Assembly: GCA_021739625.1 (NCBI GenBank)
Contig: JAIPBJ010000004.1
Span: 1,335 to 65,334, forward strand
DNA length: 64,000 nucleotides
Direction: 5' to 3'
Origin: Flavobacteriales bacterium
GTDB taxonomy: Bacteria > Bacteroidota > Bacteroidia > UBA10329
Position numbers and translations under genes: made by a program. The notes under the pieces were generated by a model. That model saw nothing but the letters and a program-made list of their open reading frames with translations, was not told the origin of the DNA and made no database searches. Of the stretch, positions 8,640-19,190 are shown one piece after another. Within the stretch, counting starts at the first letter, position 1. Each line of letters begins with the position of its first letter.

Positions 8640-8974
8640 TGGGTCTTTCTGGTCTTCAGGTCTTTCTCCCATTTCTGTGGATCTGGCCGATAGGCGGTTA
8701 TGATGGCAAGATAGTTGGCCTTAGGGGCGCATACCACATGCAAAGGTCTGTCTTTCTCATGGAACATCAGGCAACTTTGTCCTCTGCGGTCTTCTGGATA
8801 ATCCTCAATGATGTCACCATGAACAACTGCATCGACCACCTCCGCAACGGTGATGATGACATCCTCGCTGTTCATTTCGTCAAGCGCGTGAACAGTGAAG
8901 AGGATGTTCTTAGAGGCTGCTTCGGCAATAAGCGCCTTCATGTGGAAAGTTATCGGGTTTGCTTGGATCACCAA
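8636..8974 (-). CDS. DUF4258 domain protein (putative toxin)
   Basis: FTVHALDEM, GDIIEDYPEDRRGQSCL, PLHVVCA, IITAYRPDPQKW; start may be 8941. Confidence 0.85.
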   Translation of the reverse strand: MVIQANPITFHMKALIAEAASKNILFTVHALDEMNSEDVIITVAEVVDAVVHGDIIEDYPEDRRGQSCLMFHEKDRPLHVVCAPKANYLAIITAYRPDPQKWEKDLKTRKTQ

Positions 8975-9537
8975 TCGTCCCCTGCCTTGTCGGCCTTGGC
9001 AGCGATCTTATGGGTCATGTCCTTGATCAGGGCATTCAGCTCGGTGTCGATATCTATGAGCTGATAGACGTGGTTGTCGGCATTGGGGTCGTTCTCCTTG
9101 TCGGTCAGCCAACCATCAATGGGCGGGTTGCTGGTGGCCTTCATGTTCAGGTCTGTGATGACATACTTGTAGCGCCCGTCCTTGAACTGGAGGGTAAGGG
9201 TGTATTGGATGAGGCCCGACTGGCTGCTGGTCTTCTCGCCCTTCTTGTCGTAGGCGAAGATGGGGAAACGGGCAAAGACCTCCATCTCGCCATTGTCGCG
9301 CTCCTGTCTGCGCAGTTTCTCCATCGGGTTCTTATAGTAGGTCTTCACCCACTCGAAGGCACGGTCATAGAGCTCGCCCGATGATTTCCCGTCCACCTTG
9401 CCCACCCCCTCATAGGTGATGAGTTTGGTCTCCTTGCTCACCGGCATGGGCGGGTAGGGTGGCAGTTTGGTCTTCTGCGCCATGGCAGACATGGACAGCA
9501 TGGCAAGACTCATCAGCAGGAATGTGTTCTTCAACAT
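8968..9537 (-). CDS. DUF4468-like exported protein
   Basis: Signal peptide; ELYDRAFEW...IQYTLTLQFKDGRYKYVITD pattern. Confidence 0.7.
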   Translation of the reverse strand: MLKNTFLLMSLAMLSMSAMAQKTKLPPYPPMPVSKETKLITYEGVGKVDGKSSGELYDRAFEWVKTYYKNPMEKLRRQERDNGEMEVFARFPIFAYDKKGEKTSSQSGLIQYTLTLQFKDGRYKYVITDLNMKATSNPPIDGWLTDKENDPNADNHVYQLIDIDTELNALIKDMTHKIAAKADKAGDDW

Positions 9538-9573
9538 CAGGAAGGATTTATGGGGTGAAAGGACTCTGACGGG

Positions 9574-10557
9574 CTATTGTTGTGCCCTTGCGGTCTCCGT
9601 ATCAAACTTCTCGCCAAGCTGGCCCAGACCTATGGAACGGTAGTAATTGTTGAACAGATTCACCGCAATGTCGTTGCGCTGCTCCTTGGTGGGCACGCCC
9701 AACAGTATGGTGATGACGCGATGGCCACAGCGCTGCGAGGTGGCCACCACGCAATAGCCGGCAGCATTGGTGAACCCGGTCTTCAGCCCATCGATCTCAT
9801 CGAACGATTTGACCAGCGAGTTGCGGTTGTCATACTTGAAGATGCCATTGGCATTGCGGATCTGGTCGCTGCTGCGGCAGGTGTAGTCCAGCACACAGTC
9901 GTATTTGACCAGTTCGCGGGCCAGCAGCACGAGGTCGGCAGCAGTCGATGTGTTGTGTGGCCCCACCTTCACCGGCATCCCCGTTGAGTTGACGAACAGG
10001 GTGCTGTCCATCCCCATCACCTCGGCCCGTTGGTTCATCAGTCTGACAAAGGCGGCCTCGGTGGTGCCGATATGTTCGGCAAGGGCGTAGGCCGCATCGT
10101 TGCCGCTGCGCACCATGGCCGCACCCAACAGTTCCTCCAGCATCAGCTTCTGTCCCAGTTTCAGGTAAACGCTCGACCCGCCCACCAGCGTGGCCTTTTT
10201 GCTGATGGAGACCGTATCGGTAAGGCTGATGATGCCCGCCTCGGCCTGTTCCAGCGCAATGAGGGCGACCATCATCTTGGTGAGCGATGCCACGGGAAAC
10301 TTCTTGTTGAGGTTCTTCTCCCAAACGATCTTGTTCTCCGAATGGTCATAGACAAGCCCGGCCTTGAACAGCGATGGTGAGTAGGCCAGCGAACTGTCGG
10401 TGGCGATGATGATCTGCTCTGGCGAGGCCAGCGGTTCGGGATCTGCCTTCCTTTCAGGGCCTTCGCCACCGATAAGGATCACCGGGTCGGAGAAGAGAAG
10501 GGACACGAAAAGCAGCACAGGGGCCAACATCAGTGGGATTCGCTGTGGTTTCATCAT
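9574..10557 (-). CDS. D-alanyl-D-alanine carboxypeptidase (peptidase S11)
   Basis: SxxK (ASLTKMM), SxN (SGNDAA), KTG (GLKTGFT). Confidence 0.93.
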   Translation of the reverse strand: MMKPQRIPLMLAPVLLFVSLLFSDPVILIGGEGPERKADPEPLASPEQIIIATDSSLAYSPSLFKAGLVYDHSENKIVWEKNLNKKFPVASLTKMMVALIALEQAEAGIISLTDTVSISKKATLVGGSSVYLKLGQKLMLEELLGAAMVRSGNDAAYALAEHIGTTEAAFVRLMNQRAEVMGMDSTLFVNSTGMPVKVGPHNTSTAADLVLLARELVKYDCVLDYTCRSSDQIRNANGIFKYDNRNSLVKSFDEIDGLKTGFTNAAGYCVVATSQRCGHRVITILLGVPTKEQRNDIAVNLFNNYYRSIGLGQLGEKFDTETARAQQ

Positions 10558-10675
10558 CCTGTTCCTCAGTGCTATGGGGGTGAAAGCTGCAATGATACAG
10601 CGGACGGTTTACGGGTCAAGGATCAAATGGTTATTGTATCAACACAAAGGTGTTCATTTCCTAAGGAACAAACTG

Positions 10676-11338
10676 TCAGCCGATAAGCAGGTCTGCCAGC
10701 CGCATGTCGAGCGGAGTGGTCACCTTGATGTTCTGGGTGTTGCCTTCCACCAGCGCAATATGTCGGCCTGTGGCCTCCACCACGGCAGCGTCATCGGTGA
10801 ACCGGTCGTGAGTGGCCGTGGCGAAGGCGCTCACAAGGATTTCTGTGCGGAAGCACTGTGGGGTCTGCACCGCCCTGAAATCATTCCGGTCCACCACTTC
10901 ACTTCCCTCTCCGTTCATTTTTCGCAGCGATTCTATGACCGGCACTGTCGGCACTGCCGCACCGAATTCGTCCGCGGCCCTGAAACAACGCTCCACCACA
11001 TCTTTGGACACGAAGGGCCTCACCCCGTCATGCACCCCGATGAGGTGGCTGCCCTGGGCCATGTTCAGCGCATGCTGCACCGAACGGAAACGGGTGTCAC
11101 CGCCTGCTACCACATCATGGGGCACACGGAATGCATGATCTGCGCAGAGCCTCGCCCATGTGGCGATGTGCCCGTTGGGCAGGGCGAGCACGATGCGCAT
11201 CGACCCGTCCATGGCGTGCAGGTTGGCAAGGGTGTGCATCAGCAGCGGCATTCCGCGCAAGGGCAGGAACTGTTTGGGCAGGTCTGCGCCCATCCTGCTG
11301 CCGCTGCCGCCCGCGACTACGATCATGGTACGTGTCAT
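10676..11338 (-). CDS. ispD: 2-C-methyl-D-erythritol 4-phosphate cytidylyltransferase
   Basis: VAGGSGSRMG..LPKQFL, HDGVRPF, QTPQCF, FTDDA, NIKVTTPLD. Confidence 0.96.
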   Translation of the reverse strand: MTRTMIVVAGGSGSRMGADLPKQFLPLRGMPLLMHTLANLHAMDGSMRIVLALPNGHIATWARLCADHAFRVPHDVVAGGDTRFRSVQHALNMAQGSHLIGVHDGVRPFVSKDVVERCFRAADEFGAAVPTVPVIESLRKMNGEGSEVVDRNDFRAVQTPQCFRTEILVSAFATATHDRFTDDAAVVEATGRHIALVEGNTQNIKVTTPLDMRLADLLIG

Positions 11339-11529
11339 GACTTTGCCGCTTCAAAATTGTCTATCGGAAGGATGCCGTCCGGCATTGCCCTGCTGAAACT
11401 TGGGCAATCGCAACCGTTGCCACTGCCACCGCTGGGTTTGCGGTGCCGCTTGCCGCCCTTCTTCACCGCGCACGATGAAAGCACTGCCATCAGCAGCAAA
11501 GTGATTAGAAGACGAGGGGAGAGGCTCAT
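11335..11529 (-). CDS. Small basic lipoprotein
   Basis: LSSC lipobox, basic stretch, CDCP motif; stop overlaps the ispD start. Confidence 0.6.
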   Translation of the reverse strand: MSLSPRLLITLLLMAVLSSCAVKKGGKRHRKPSGGSGNGCDCPSFSRAMPDGILPIDNFEAAKS

Positions 11530-11608
11530 GGGCGGCAAAGGTACAACGCGCCAAACCGCCTTTTATTGCCTCGCGGGAAGCGGCCAAAAGGCCTATTTTT
11601 GGCCGCAG

Positions 11609-12352
11609 ATGTTCAAGCTCCTCACCCACATAGGCCGATACCTGCTCTGGATGGGCCGCGTGTTCCGCAGGCCCGAGAAGATGCGCATCTTCCGGCAACG
11701 GATATTTGACGAGGTAGTGGCCGTTGGCTACAACTCGGTGGGCCTTGTGGCGCTCGTCAGCCTGTTCATGGGCGCGGTGCTCACCATTCAGTTGGCCTAT
11801 AATCTCGAAAGTCCACTCATACCTGCCTACACGGTGGGCCTCGGTGTCCGCGACTCCATTCTTTTGGAGTTCGCCCCCACCATCATCAGCATCATTCTGG
11901 CGGGCAAGGTGGGGTCGAGCATCGCAGGCGAGATCGGCACCATGCGCGTCACCGACCAGATCGATGCCCTCGACATCATGGGGGTCAACAGCACAGGTTA
12001 CCTCGTAGGCCCCAAGGTCATCGCTGCCATGATCAGCAATCCGATCATTGTCATGATCAGCATGATCCTGGGCATCTTCGGTGGCTGGTTGGCCGGCATT
12101 CTCACTGGCGAAGTGGCCAGCAGCACCTATATCTATGGCATCCAATACTGGTTCCAGCCCTACTATATCACCTACGCGCTCATCAAGACGGTGGTGTTCG
12201 CAGTGGTCATCACCTCCATTCCTGCCTATTTCGGCTATCACACCACAGGGGGTGCATTGGAGGTGGGGCGGGCCAGCACCGTGTCGGTGGTTTACAGCAT
12301 CGTGGTCATTCTGATCTTCAACCTGCTGCTCACCCAGATGCTGCTCCAATGA
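11609..12352 (+). CDS. mlaE: MlaE-family ABC transporter permease
   Basis: EIGTMRVTDQIDALDIMG, GGALEVGRAST; start ATG at 11609. Confidence 0.92.
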   Translation: MFKLLTHIGRYLLWMGRVFRRPEKMRIFRQRIFDEVVAVGYNSVGLVALVSLFMGAVLTIQLAYNLESPLIPAYTVGLGVRDSILLEFAPTIISIILAGKVGSSIAGEIGTMRVTDQIDALDIMGVNSTGYLVGPKVIAAMISNPIIVMISMILGIFGGWLAGILTGEVASSTYIYGIQYWFQPYYITYALIKTVVFAVVITSIPAYFGYHTTGGALEVGRASTVSVVYSIVVILIFNLLLTQMLLQ

Positions 12353-13113
12353 TCGAGGTTAAGGGTCTGAACAAGAGTTTCGGTGATGTGCAGGTACTGC
12401 GCGACATCAACGCGCAGTTCTTCAAGGGCAAGGTCAACATCATCATCGGCCAGAGCGGATCGGGAAAGACGGTGCTCACCAAGTGCATGGTGGGCCTCCA
12501 TGAGGTGGACAGCGGAACGGTGACCTACGATGGCACCGACTTCGCATCACTCAACTTCAAAGAGAAGACGCGCATCAGGAAGGACATCGGCATGCTGTTT
12601 CAGGCCGGGGCCCTGTTCGACAGCATGACCGTGGAGGAGAATGTGATGTTTCCCATCAGCATGTTCACCAATCAGACATTGGCCGAAAGACGCGACAGGG
12701 CCCACTTCTGCCTCGAACGGGTGAACCTGACCAATGCATATCAGCTCTTTCCTGCCGAGCTGAGCGGTGGCATGAAGAAGCGGGTGGCCATTGCGCGCGC
12801 CATTGCCAACAACCCGAAATATCTCTATTGCGATGAGCCCAACAGCGGTCTCGATCCCAAGACAGGACTGGTCATCGACCAGCTCATTCAGGAGATCACC
12901 GAGGAGTATGACATCACCACCATCGTCATCACCCACGACATGAACTCGGTCATCGAGATCGGTGAACACATCCAGTTCATCTATAAGGGAGAGAACTGGT
13001 GGCAGGGCACCAAGGAGGAGATCCTGCGCACCGACAACAAGGAGGTGAGCGACTTCGTCTATGCCTCCAAGTTCATGAAGCGCGTGCGGCAGGACCTGGC
13101 CAAGGCGCAATAG
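12349..13113 (+). CDS. mlaF: MlaF-family ABC transporter ATP-binding protein
   Basis: GQSGSGKT, LFQAGALFDSMTV, LSGGMKKR, DEPNSGLDP. Confidence 0.92.
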   Translation: MIEVKGLNKSFGDVQVLRDINAQFFKGKVNIIIGQSGSGKTVLTKCMVGLHEVDSGTVTYDGTDFASLNFKEKTRIRKDIGMLFQAGALFDSMTVEENVMFPISMFTNQTLAERRDRAHFCLERVNLTNAYQLFPAELSGGMKKRVAIARAIANNPKYLYCDEPNSGLDPKTGLVIDQLIQEITEEYDITTIVITHDMNSVIEIGEHIQFIYKGENWWQGTKEEILRTDNKEVSDFVYASKFMKRVRQDLAKAQ

Positions 13114-13167
13114 TCTCCTGAAAATCCATGTTTCTGTGAACGGGCCAATGATTCCCGATCAAAGGAA

Positions 13168-14691
13168 TCAATGTATCCCGTGCATCTTCTTCCTGATGAA
13201 TTTTGACATCAGGATCAGCAGCATTCCGGCCCCGATGGGCAGGAAGGTGTAGATGAGGAAGAACGTGGAGAGTGAATACATGGCAGCGATCTTGTCGATG
13301 AGGCTACCGGTCCACCCGGCCAGGTAATTGGCCAGGGCCGAAGCGAGGAACCAGATGCCGAACATCAGGCCCACCAACCTGACGGGGGCCAATTTGCTCA
13401 CGTAGGACAGGCCCACAGGTGAAAGGCACAGTTCGCCCATCGTATGCAGGAAATAGGCCAAGATGAGCCATATCATGCTCACCTGCGCGGTCTGCGCACC
13501 CGATGCGATGCCAAGCCCACCGTAGGCCAGCACCCCGAAACCGAGACCGAGCAGGATGAGGCCCAATGCGAATTTGACCGGTGCCGATGGATTCATCTTG
13601 CTCTCCCACATCTTGGAGAAGATCGGGGCAAAGGCAATGATGAAGAACGAGTTGAGAATGCCGAACCAAGAGGCAGGCACCTCGCTGCTCTCTGCGTTGA
13701 ACTCATTGCGGATCATCCAGATGGCCACCCCCCAGATAATGGCGAAACTGAGACCCAGAAACAGGTTGGAGAGCGCATATTTGCTGAAGGTCTGCTTGAA
13801 GAGCATTGCCAGCACGTAGGTGACAATGGCCAACGGAGTGATGGACAGCAGTGCATTGGCCCACCTGAAGGCCACGGCCGCATCGCCCTCCAACAGGCGG
13901 TTGGTATAGTCCTTGGCGAAGATGGTCATGGAACCGCCCGCCTGCTCAAAGGCCATCCAGAAGAAGATGGTGAAGAACGAGAAGATGCCGATGACCACCA
14001 GCCGGTCGCGCTCTACGTGGGCGGGTATGACCTCCGCATTCGGATCCACCGCTGCCACATGACCTTTGATAGGCTTCATCCCTATATCCCCAAAAATGCC
14101 CTGGGCGAAGTAGAACTGCATCATGCCGAAGAACATGAAGATGCCCGCCAGTCCGAAACCATAGCTCCAGCCCACTTTCTCTCCGATGTAGCCGCAGAGC
14201 AGGATGCCCAGGAATGCCCCGGCATTGATGCCCATATAGAAGATGGTGTAGGCCGAGTCCTTCTTGTCGCTTCCCTGCGGATAGAGGCCGCCCACAATAG
14301 AGGAGATGTTCGGTTTGAATGCGCCATTGCCAAGAATCAGCAGGCCCAGACCTACGTAGAAGAAGAACTCCGTTTCGAAGGCCATCGAGGCATGCCCCAT
14401 GGTCATCAGCAATGCACCGAGCAGCACCGCCCAGCGATGGCCGATCAGCTTATCGGCCAATAGACCGCCCAGAATAGGGGTGAGATAGACGAGGCCGGTG
14501 TAGATGCCATAGAGCTTGAGCGCATCCTCGCGGTCCCAGGCCCAACCGCCCTCGGTCAGTCCGCTCACAAGGAACAGCACCAGCAACGCCCGCATACCAT
14601 AGTAGCTGAAACGTTCCCACATCTCGGTGAAGAATAGGATGAACAGCCCGGCCGGGTGTCCCATCAGTTGCGGTTGCTGCGGCAGTGTCAT
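13168..14691 (-). CDS. Proton-dependent oligopeptide (POT) MFS transporter
   Basis: EMWERFSYYGMR and FYMGINAGAF motifs. Confidence 0.95.
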   Translation of the reverse strand: MTLPQQPQLMGHPAGLFILFFTEMWERFSYYGMRALLVLFLVSGLTEGGWAWDREDALKLYGIYTGLVYLTPILGGLLADKLIGHRWAVLLGALLMTMGHASMAFETEFFFYVGLGLLILGNGAFKPNISSIVGGLYPQGSDKKDSAYTIFYMGINAGAFLGILLCGYIGEKVGWSYGFGLAGIFMFFGMMQFYFAQGIFGDIGMKPIKGHVAAVDPNAEVIPAHVERDRLVVIGIFSFFTIFFWMAFEQAGGSMTIFAKDYTNRLLEGDAAVAFRWANALLSITPLAIVTYVLAMLFKQTFSKYALSNLFLGLSFAIIWGVAIWMIRNEFNAESSEVPASWFGILNSFFIIAFAPIFSKMWESKMNPSAPVKFALGLILLGLGFGVLAYGGLGIASGAQTAQVSMIWLILAYFLHTMGELCLSPVGLSYVSKLAPVRLVGLMFGIWFLASALANYLAGWTGSLIDKIAAMYSLSTFFLIYTFLPIGAGMLLILMSKFIRKKMHGIH

Positions 14692-14796
14692 GTGTGTAGG
14701 TTATGAGCGGTTGAAAGTAAGCTATTCAGGTCATCAGCGAATCAGCAATTCAGGAAACGGACGCCCCCGTCCCGTGTCTCTCTCCCCCCGTCCTTT

Positions 14797-16974
14797 TCAG
14801 AGATTCTTCTTCAGGAAATCTGTCATTTTGGTAAAAAGGTGCAGCCGCGAATTGGGGCCATAGATGCCATGGTCGAGGTCGGGATATACCATCAGGTCGA
14901 ACTGTTTGTTGGCCTTGATAAGTGCCTCTATCATCACCATCGAATGCTGAAAATGCACGTTGTCGTCACCGCTGCCGTGTATGAGCAGATAGCTGCCGCG
15001 CAGCTTGTTCACATGGTTCACGGGCGAGTTGTCGTCATAGCCGCTGGGGTTCTCCTGCGGGGTGCGCATGAAACGCTCGGTGTAGATGTTGTCGTAATAC
15101 CGCCAGTTGGTGACAGGTGCCACCGCGATGGCCGCTTTGAAATGGTCGGCACCCTTGGTGATGCCCAACGAGCTGAGATAGCCCCCATAGCTCCAACCGA
15201 ACATGCCGATGCGGTCCTTGTCCACATAAGGCAGCGTGGCCAGATACTTGGCCGTTTCGATGCAGTCCTCGGTCTCCAGTTTGCCCAGTTCCATATAGAT
15301 GCTGTGCTTGAAATCGCGGCCACGGTGGTCTGTGCCCCGTGGATCCATGGCCACCACCACATAGCCCTGTTGCACCATGTATTGAAGCCAAAGGATGTTG
15401 GGCACGTTCCAGTCGTCTTCCACGTAGGTGCGGCCCGAACCGCCATATACGTACAGCAGCACGGGGTATTTTTTTGCGGGATCCATGTTGGCGGGCTTCA
15501 TCGCCCATGCATTCAAAGCGGTTCCATGCGATGGTATGAAGGTGAAGAACTCGCGTTTCACCATTCCCACCTTGGCCGCCAGTTCTCTGAGGCGTTGGTT
15601 GTCCTTCAGAACTCTGATCTGCTTGCCCTTGGCATCATTGAGTGTGATGACGGGCGGTGTGTCGGCAGTGGAATGGCGGTTGATGAAATAGTGCATGCCG
15701 GTGCTGAAATCGGCATCGTTGTGCCCTCGCTCGGGCGTCAGTTTGCGCTTCCATCGTCCATCGATGGACACTGAATACACGTGCCTTTGCGATGGCCCTT
15801 CCTCCAGACTCTGATAGTAGATGTTCTGTTCCTTGGTGTCGAGACCATAGAATTCTGTCACCTCCCAATTCCCTTTGGTAAGCTGCATCACAAGCTTTCC
15901 ACTCATATCATGCAGATACAGGTGGTGGAAACCATCGCGTTCGCTGCTGTAGATGAACTGATTCGCGTTCTCAAGGAATATCAGGTTGTCGTTGATGTCG
16001 ATATAGGTCTTGCTCTCCTCGCTGAGGATGGTGCGGGTGCTTCCATCCTTGGCACTGGCCAGCAGCAGGTCCCACCGGTTCTGGAGGCGGTTTAGCCTTT
16101 GAACCGACAGCATGCCCGCATTGCGGGTCCACTTGATGCGCGGGATGTAGATGTCGGTCTCCGTGCCGATGTCCACCTTGACCCGATGCCCTGTCTCAGA
16201 ATCCGCAATGAAGATGTTCACGATTGAATTGGCCTCGCCTGCCTTGGGATATTTGAAGGTCACTTTCTCGGGATAGAGCATTCCACTGAAGTTCATCATG
16301 GTGAATTCGCGCACCTGCTCCTCGTTGAATTCATAGTAGGCGATATGCTTTCCGTCAGGCGACCATTGGAATGCCTGTGTGAAGGCGAACTCCTCTTCAT
16401 ACACCCAGTCGCTCATGCCATTGATGATGAAGTCCTTCCTGCCGTTGTCGGTAAGCCGCACAGTGGCCCCGGTGGTCAGATTCTCCACCCACAGGTCGTT
16501 GTCCCTGACGTAGGCCACGCGGTCTGACGCGGGTGAGAAAGTGGCATGGAAGACCTGCGCACCACCGGCCACCGGCTGCACCTTGCCGGTGGCGATATTC
16601 AAGGTGTAGTAAGCGTAGCTGCTTGAATAGCGGTAGAGTTCCTGCGGCTCTGTGGCAACGAGCACCTGTGTCTCATCGGCATTGAAGGCATATTCTTCCA
16701 TTGCCAATGCCCGGCCCGCGTAGGTGAGCATGGCGGGCGGTATGAACACCGCCACCTCTTCGCCTGTCCGGTATGCGTATTTGACGATGGACTTTCCGTT
16801 GGCAGCACTGCTCATGACGGTGTAGTGAAGCCCGTCATTCATCGACCGCAGTCCCTGCACACCTTCTGTGCGGTAGGTGCCATGCTGCCAGATGTCCTCC
16901 AGCGTGAGCGAGGTCTGGGCAAAAGCGCACGGATGTATGAGGAGAAGGACTGCAATGGAAGGCAACAGGCGCAT
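14797..16974 (-). CDS. Dipeptidyl peptidase IV (S9B)
   Basis: DWVYEEE, GWSYGG, DDNVH, catalytic His (DHGI). Confidence 0.95.
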   Translation of the reverse strand: MRLLPSIAVLLLIHPCAFAQTSLTLEDIWQHGTYRTEGVQGLRSMNDGLHYTVMSSAANGKSIVKYAYRTGEEVAVFIPPAMLTYAGRALAMEEYAFNADETQVLVATEPQELYRYSSSYAYYTLNIATGKVQPVAGGAQVFHATFSPASDRVAYVRDNDLWVENLTTGATVRLTDNGRKDFIINGMSDWVYEEEFAFTQAFQWSPDGKHIAYYEFNEEQVREFTMMNFSGMLYPEKVTFKYPKAGEANSIVNIFIADSETGHRVKVDIGTETDIYIPRIKWTRNAGMLSVQRLNRLQNRWDLLLASAKDGSTRTILSEESKTYIDINDNLIFLENANQFIYSSERDGFHHLYLHDMSGKLVMQLTKGNWEVTEFYGLDTKEQNIYYQSLEEGPSQRHVYSVSIDGRWKRKLTPERGHNDADFSTGMHYFINRHSTADTPPVITLNDAKGKQIRVLKDNQRLRELAAKVGMVKREFFTFIPSHGTALNAWAMKPANMDPAKKYPVLLYVYGGSGRTYVEDDWNVPNILWLQYMVQQGYVVVAMDPRGTDHRGRDFKHSIYMELGKLETEDCIETAKYLATLPYVDKDRIGMFGWSYGGYLSSLGITKGADHFKAAIAVAPVTNWRYYDNIYTERFMRTPQENPSGYDDNSPVNHVNKLRGSYLLIHGSGDDNVHFQHSMVMIEALIKANKQFDLMVYPDLDHGIYGPNSRLHLFTKMTDFLKKNL

Positions 16975-17049
16975 GTCGTGCTATTTGTATCGGGCGGCAA
17001 AGAACGGAAAGCGCAGGCGGCAGTCCGTGTGAAGCGGAAGGTGCAGCAC

Positions 17050-18516
17050 TCAGTAGGCGGTCTTTGCGAACCGCATGTTCGCTTCGGCCGTTCTGAGCAC
17101 ATAGATCCCGTTCGGAATATCGGTGACATCAATGACCACTCCCTCCTGTCCATCGGCAACCGGAATGGTGCGGAGCAGCCTGCCCTGTGTGTCGAACAGT
17201 TGGAGCGTGCCTGTGCTGGGCGTTGTGTTCCAGCTCACGTGCAACATGCTGCTGACGGGATTGGGGAAAAGGACCGAAGTGCCATTTTCCATTGTCGGGA
17301 CCGCAGTGGGCTGCACCACTTCGACCTCCATGGTCTGTTCGTTACCGAGCACTTCGATGCTGCTCACTTCGACCACGCTCATGGCCCAGATGCCGGTGGC
17401 ATTCCACAGCACATCAATGGAACTGCCATTGTCTGCGATGATGGTGCCGCCCGAAACTGTCCAGCAGAACTGCGAGCCGGGCTGCCCGGTAACGGAATAG
17501 GTTCTGGTCTCTCCCTGTGGCACACTGTCATCGCCCACGATGGCCGATGTGTGCGGGCGCATGATCTCGTAGAGGAAAGGAGTGGAGTAGCGGTACACGG
17601 TGTCCAACAGTGTGGCATCGGTCAGCCAAGGTTCGTGGCCAATGCCCACCAGCGGCACCAGTTGGTTCATGATCCCGAGATGGTCCAACCGCTGATGGAT
17701 GGGCGCACTGCCCTGCACTGCTGGAAAGACGGGATAGGAGAACGGGCTGCCGGTGTTGTAGGGAACAATGAGGTCGTCCGTGCCATGGAAGGAGATGACC
17801 GGGACATTGTCCTTGGCGATGGGGTCAATATAAATGGTGTCGAGCATCGCGCCCCAGTTATTGATGATGCCCTTGGGCCTCAGTTCGCGGTTGTCGATGT
17901 AATTGTTGCCCGAACAGTTGGCGCAGCCCATGTCGGCCGGTTCGAGCAGAATGCCATAACTGGAGGCGGGCCTGTCGCCTTCTTCCATGAAAGTGCTGTG
18001 AAGTGCCGAGAAGCACCCTGCACTGGTCCCGGTGAGGAAGATGGTGGTGGTGTCGATGCCATAGCCCTCGCTGAACTGGCCGAGATAGCGCATGGCGGCC
18101 CTTACATCCTGCACCCCGCGATAAACGGCCCGTTCGGCACTTTCGCTGCTGGCAGTGTTGAACCCGATGCGATAGTCGATGGATGCCACCACATAGCCCA
18201 AACGGGCAAAATGCTCGCAGAACTGTGGGACGGGCGGCTGGAAGCGAGTGCCGATCAGAAATCCTCCCCCGAAGGTGTAGATGATGAGGGGCCGTTTCTC
18301 AAGTAAATCCCCTGTGGGCATGTAGAGGTCGAGTAGCAGGTCCTGCGACCCGATGACCCCATAAGGGTCTGCGGCCGCGAACTGGACGCCCGACAGGACA
18401 TCCACCCCATCGAACACCTCATCGAGGTATCGGACCGAATTGCAGTTCTGCGATGACAGTCCCTGATGGGTCAGCAGAAGTACCAGTGACAGCAGGATTC
18501 TCATGGGCCGGCTCAT
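17050..18516 (-). CDS. Secreted alpha/beta hydrolase (carboxylesterase-like) with T9SS type A C-terminal domain
   Basis: FGGGF, DYRIG, GTSAG, FHGTDD; FPNPVS...PNGIYVL tail. Confidence 0.88.
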   Translation of the reverse strand: MSRPMRILLSLVLLLTHQGLSSQNCNSVRYLDEVFDGVDVLSGVQFAAADPYGVIGSQDLLLDLYMPTGDLLEKRPLIIYTFGGGFLIGTRFQPPVPQFCEHFARLGYVVASIDYRIGFNTASSESAERAVYRGVQDVRAAMRYLGQFSEGYGIDTTTIFLTGTSAGCFSALHSTFMEEGDRPASSYGILLEPADMGCANCSGNNYIDNRELRPKGIINNWGAMLDTIYIDPIAKDNVPVISFHGTDDLIVPYNTGSPFSYPVFPAVQGSAPIHQRLDHLGIMNQLVPLVGIGHEPWLTDATLLDTVYRYSTPFLYEIMRPHTSAIVGDDSVPQGETRTYSVTGQPGSQFCWTVSGGTIIADNGSSIDVLWNATGIWAMSVVEVSSIEVLGNEQTMEVEVVQPTAVPTMENGTSVLFPNPVSSMLHVSWNTTPSTGTLQLFDTQGRLLRTIPVADGQEGVVIDVTDIPNGIYVLRTAEANMRFAKTAY

Positions 18517-18539
18517 AGGCCAAATTTAGTGGGAAGGGA

Positions 18540-19181
18540 TCAAAGCCGCCCTTTCAGCTCAATCTTGCCCCTTCCCAACTTCAATTTGCCGCGCTTCTCC
18601 ATCTGTTTCAACAGCCGTGAAATGACCTCGCGCGAAGTGTTCAGGTCCTGCGCCACCTCTTGATGCGAAACGGTGAGCAGCTTTGATTCCGTTCCCTTCG
18701 CCTTTGTGATGAGGTAATTCTCCAAACGCTCGTCCATGCGTTGGAAGGCGATGCTGTCGATGGTCTCCAACAGTTCTTCGAAACGCTTGGCATAGGTGTT
18801 CATCACGAACGACCGCCAGTCGCGAAAGCGCATCCATTCGTCCATGAGGGCCACGGGAAGGGCGATCATCTGCACGGGATCAACGGCCACTGCCCTTATC
18901 TCGCTCTTGCGGCCCTCCATGCAACAGGTGAGCGACATGGCGCAGGTCTCACCGGCCTTCAGGTAATAGAGCAGCAGTTCGTTGCCGTCAGCATCCTCGC
19001 GCATCACCTTCACCGATCCGCTCACGATCATCGGTATGGTGCGTATGGGGCTTCCGATGTCGATGAGGTAGTCGCCCTCATCAATGGATTCCAGTTTGCC
19101 ATTGCCAATGATGCCCTTGACCAGGTCGGTGTCCAGAATTTTCGGGAAGTTCTTTGCGAGGATGTCGGCTATGTTGTCCAT
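18540..19181 (-). CDS. Crp/Fnr-family transcriptional regulator
   Basis: cNMP-like domain, GETCAMSLTCC, HQEVAQDLNTSREVISRLLK HTH. Confidence 0.93.
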   Translation of the reverse strand: MDNIADILAKNFPKILDTDLVKGIIGNGKLESIDEGDYLIDIGSPIRTIPMIVSGSVKVMREDADGNELLLYYLKAGETCAMSLTCCMEGRKSEIRAVAVDPVQMIALPVALMDEWMRFRDWRSFVMNTYAKRFEELLETIDSIAFQRMDERLENYLITKAKGTESKLLTVSHQEVAQDLNTSREVISRLLKQMEKRGKLKLGRGKIELKGRL

Positions 19182-19190
19182 GGGGTCGGT

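Noticed and set aside
10400-12352. 650-aa ORF
   Set aside because: Only 11609-12352 matches MlaE; the rest is antisense to ispD and neighbours.
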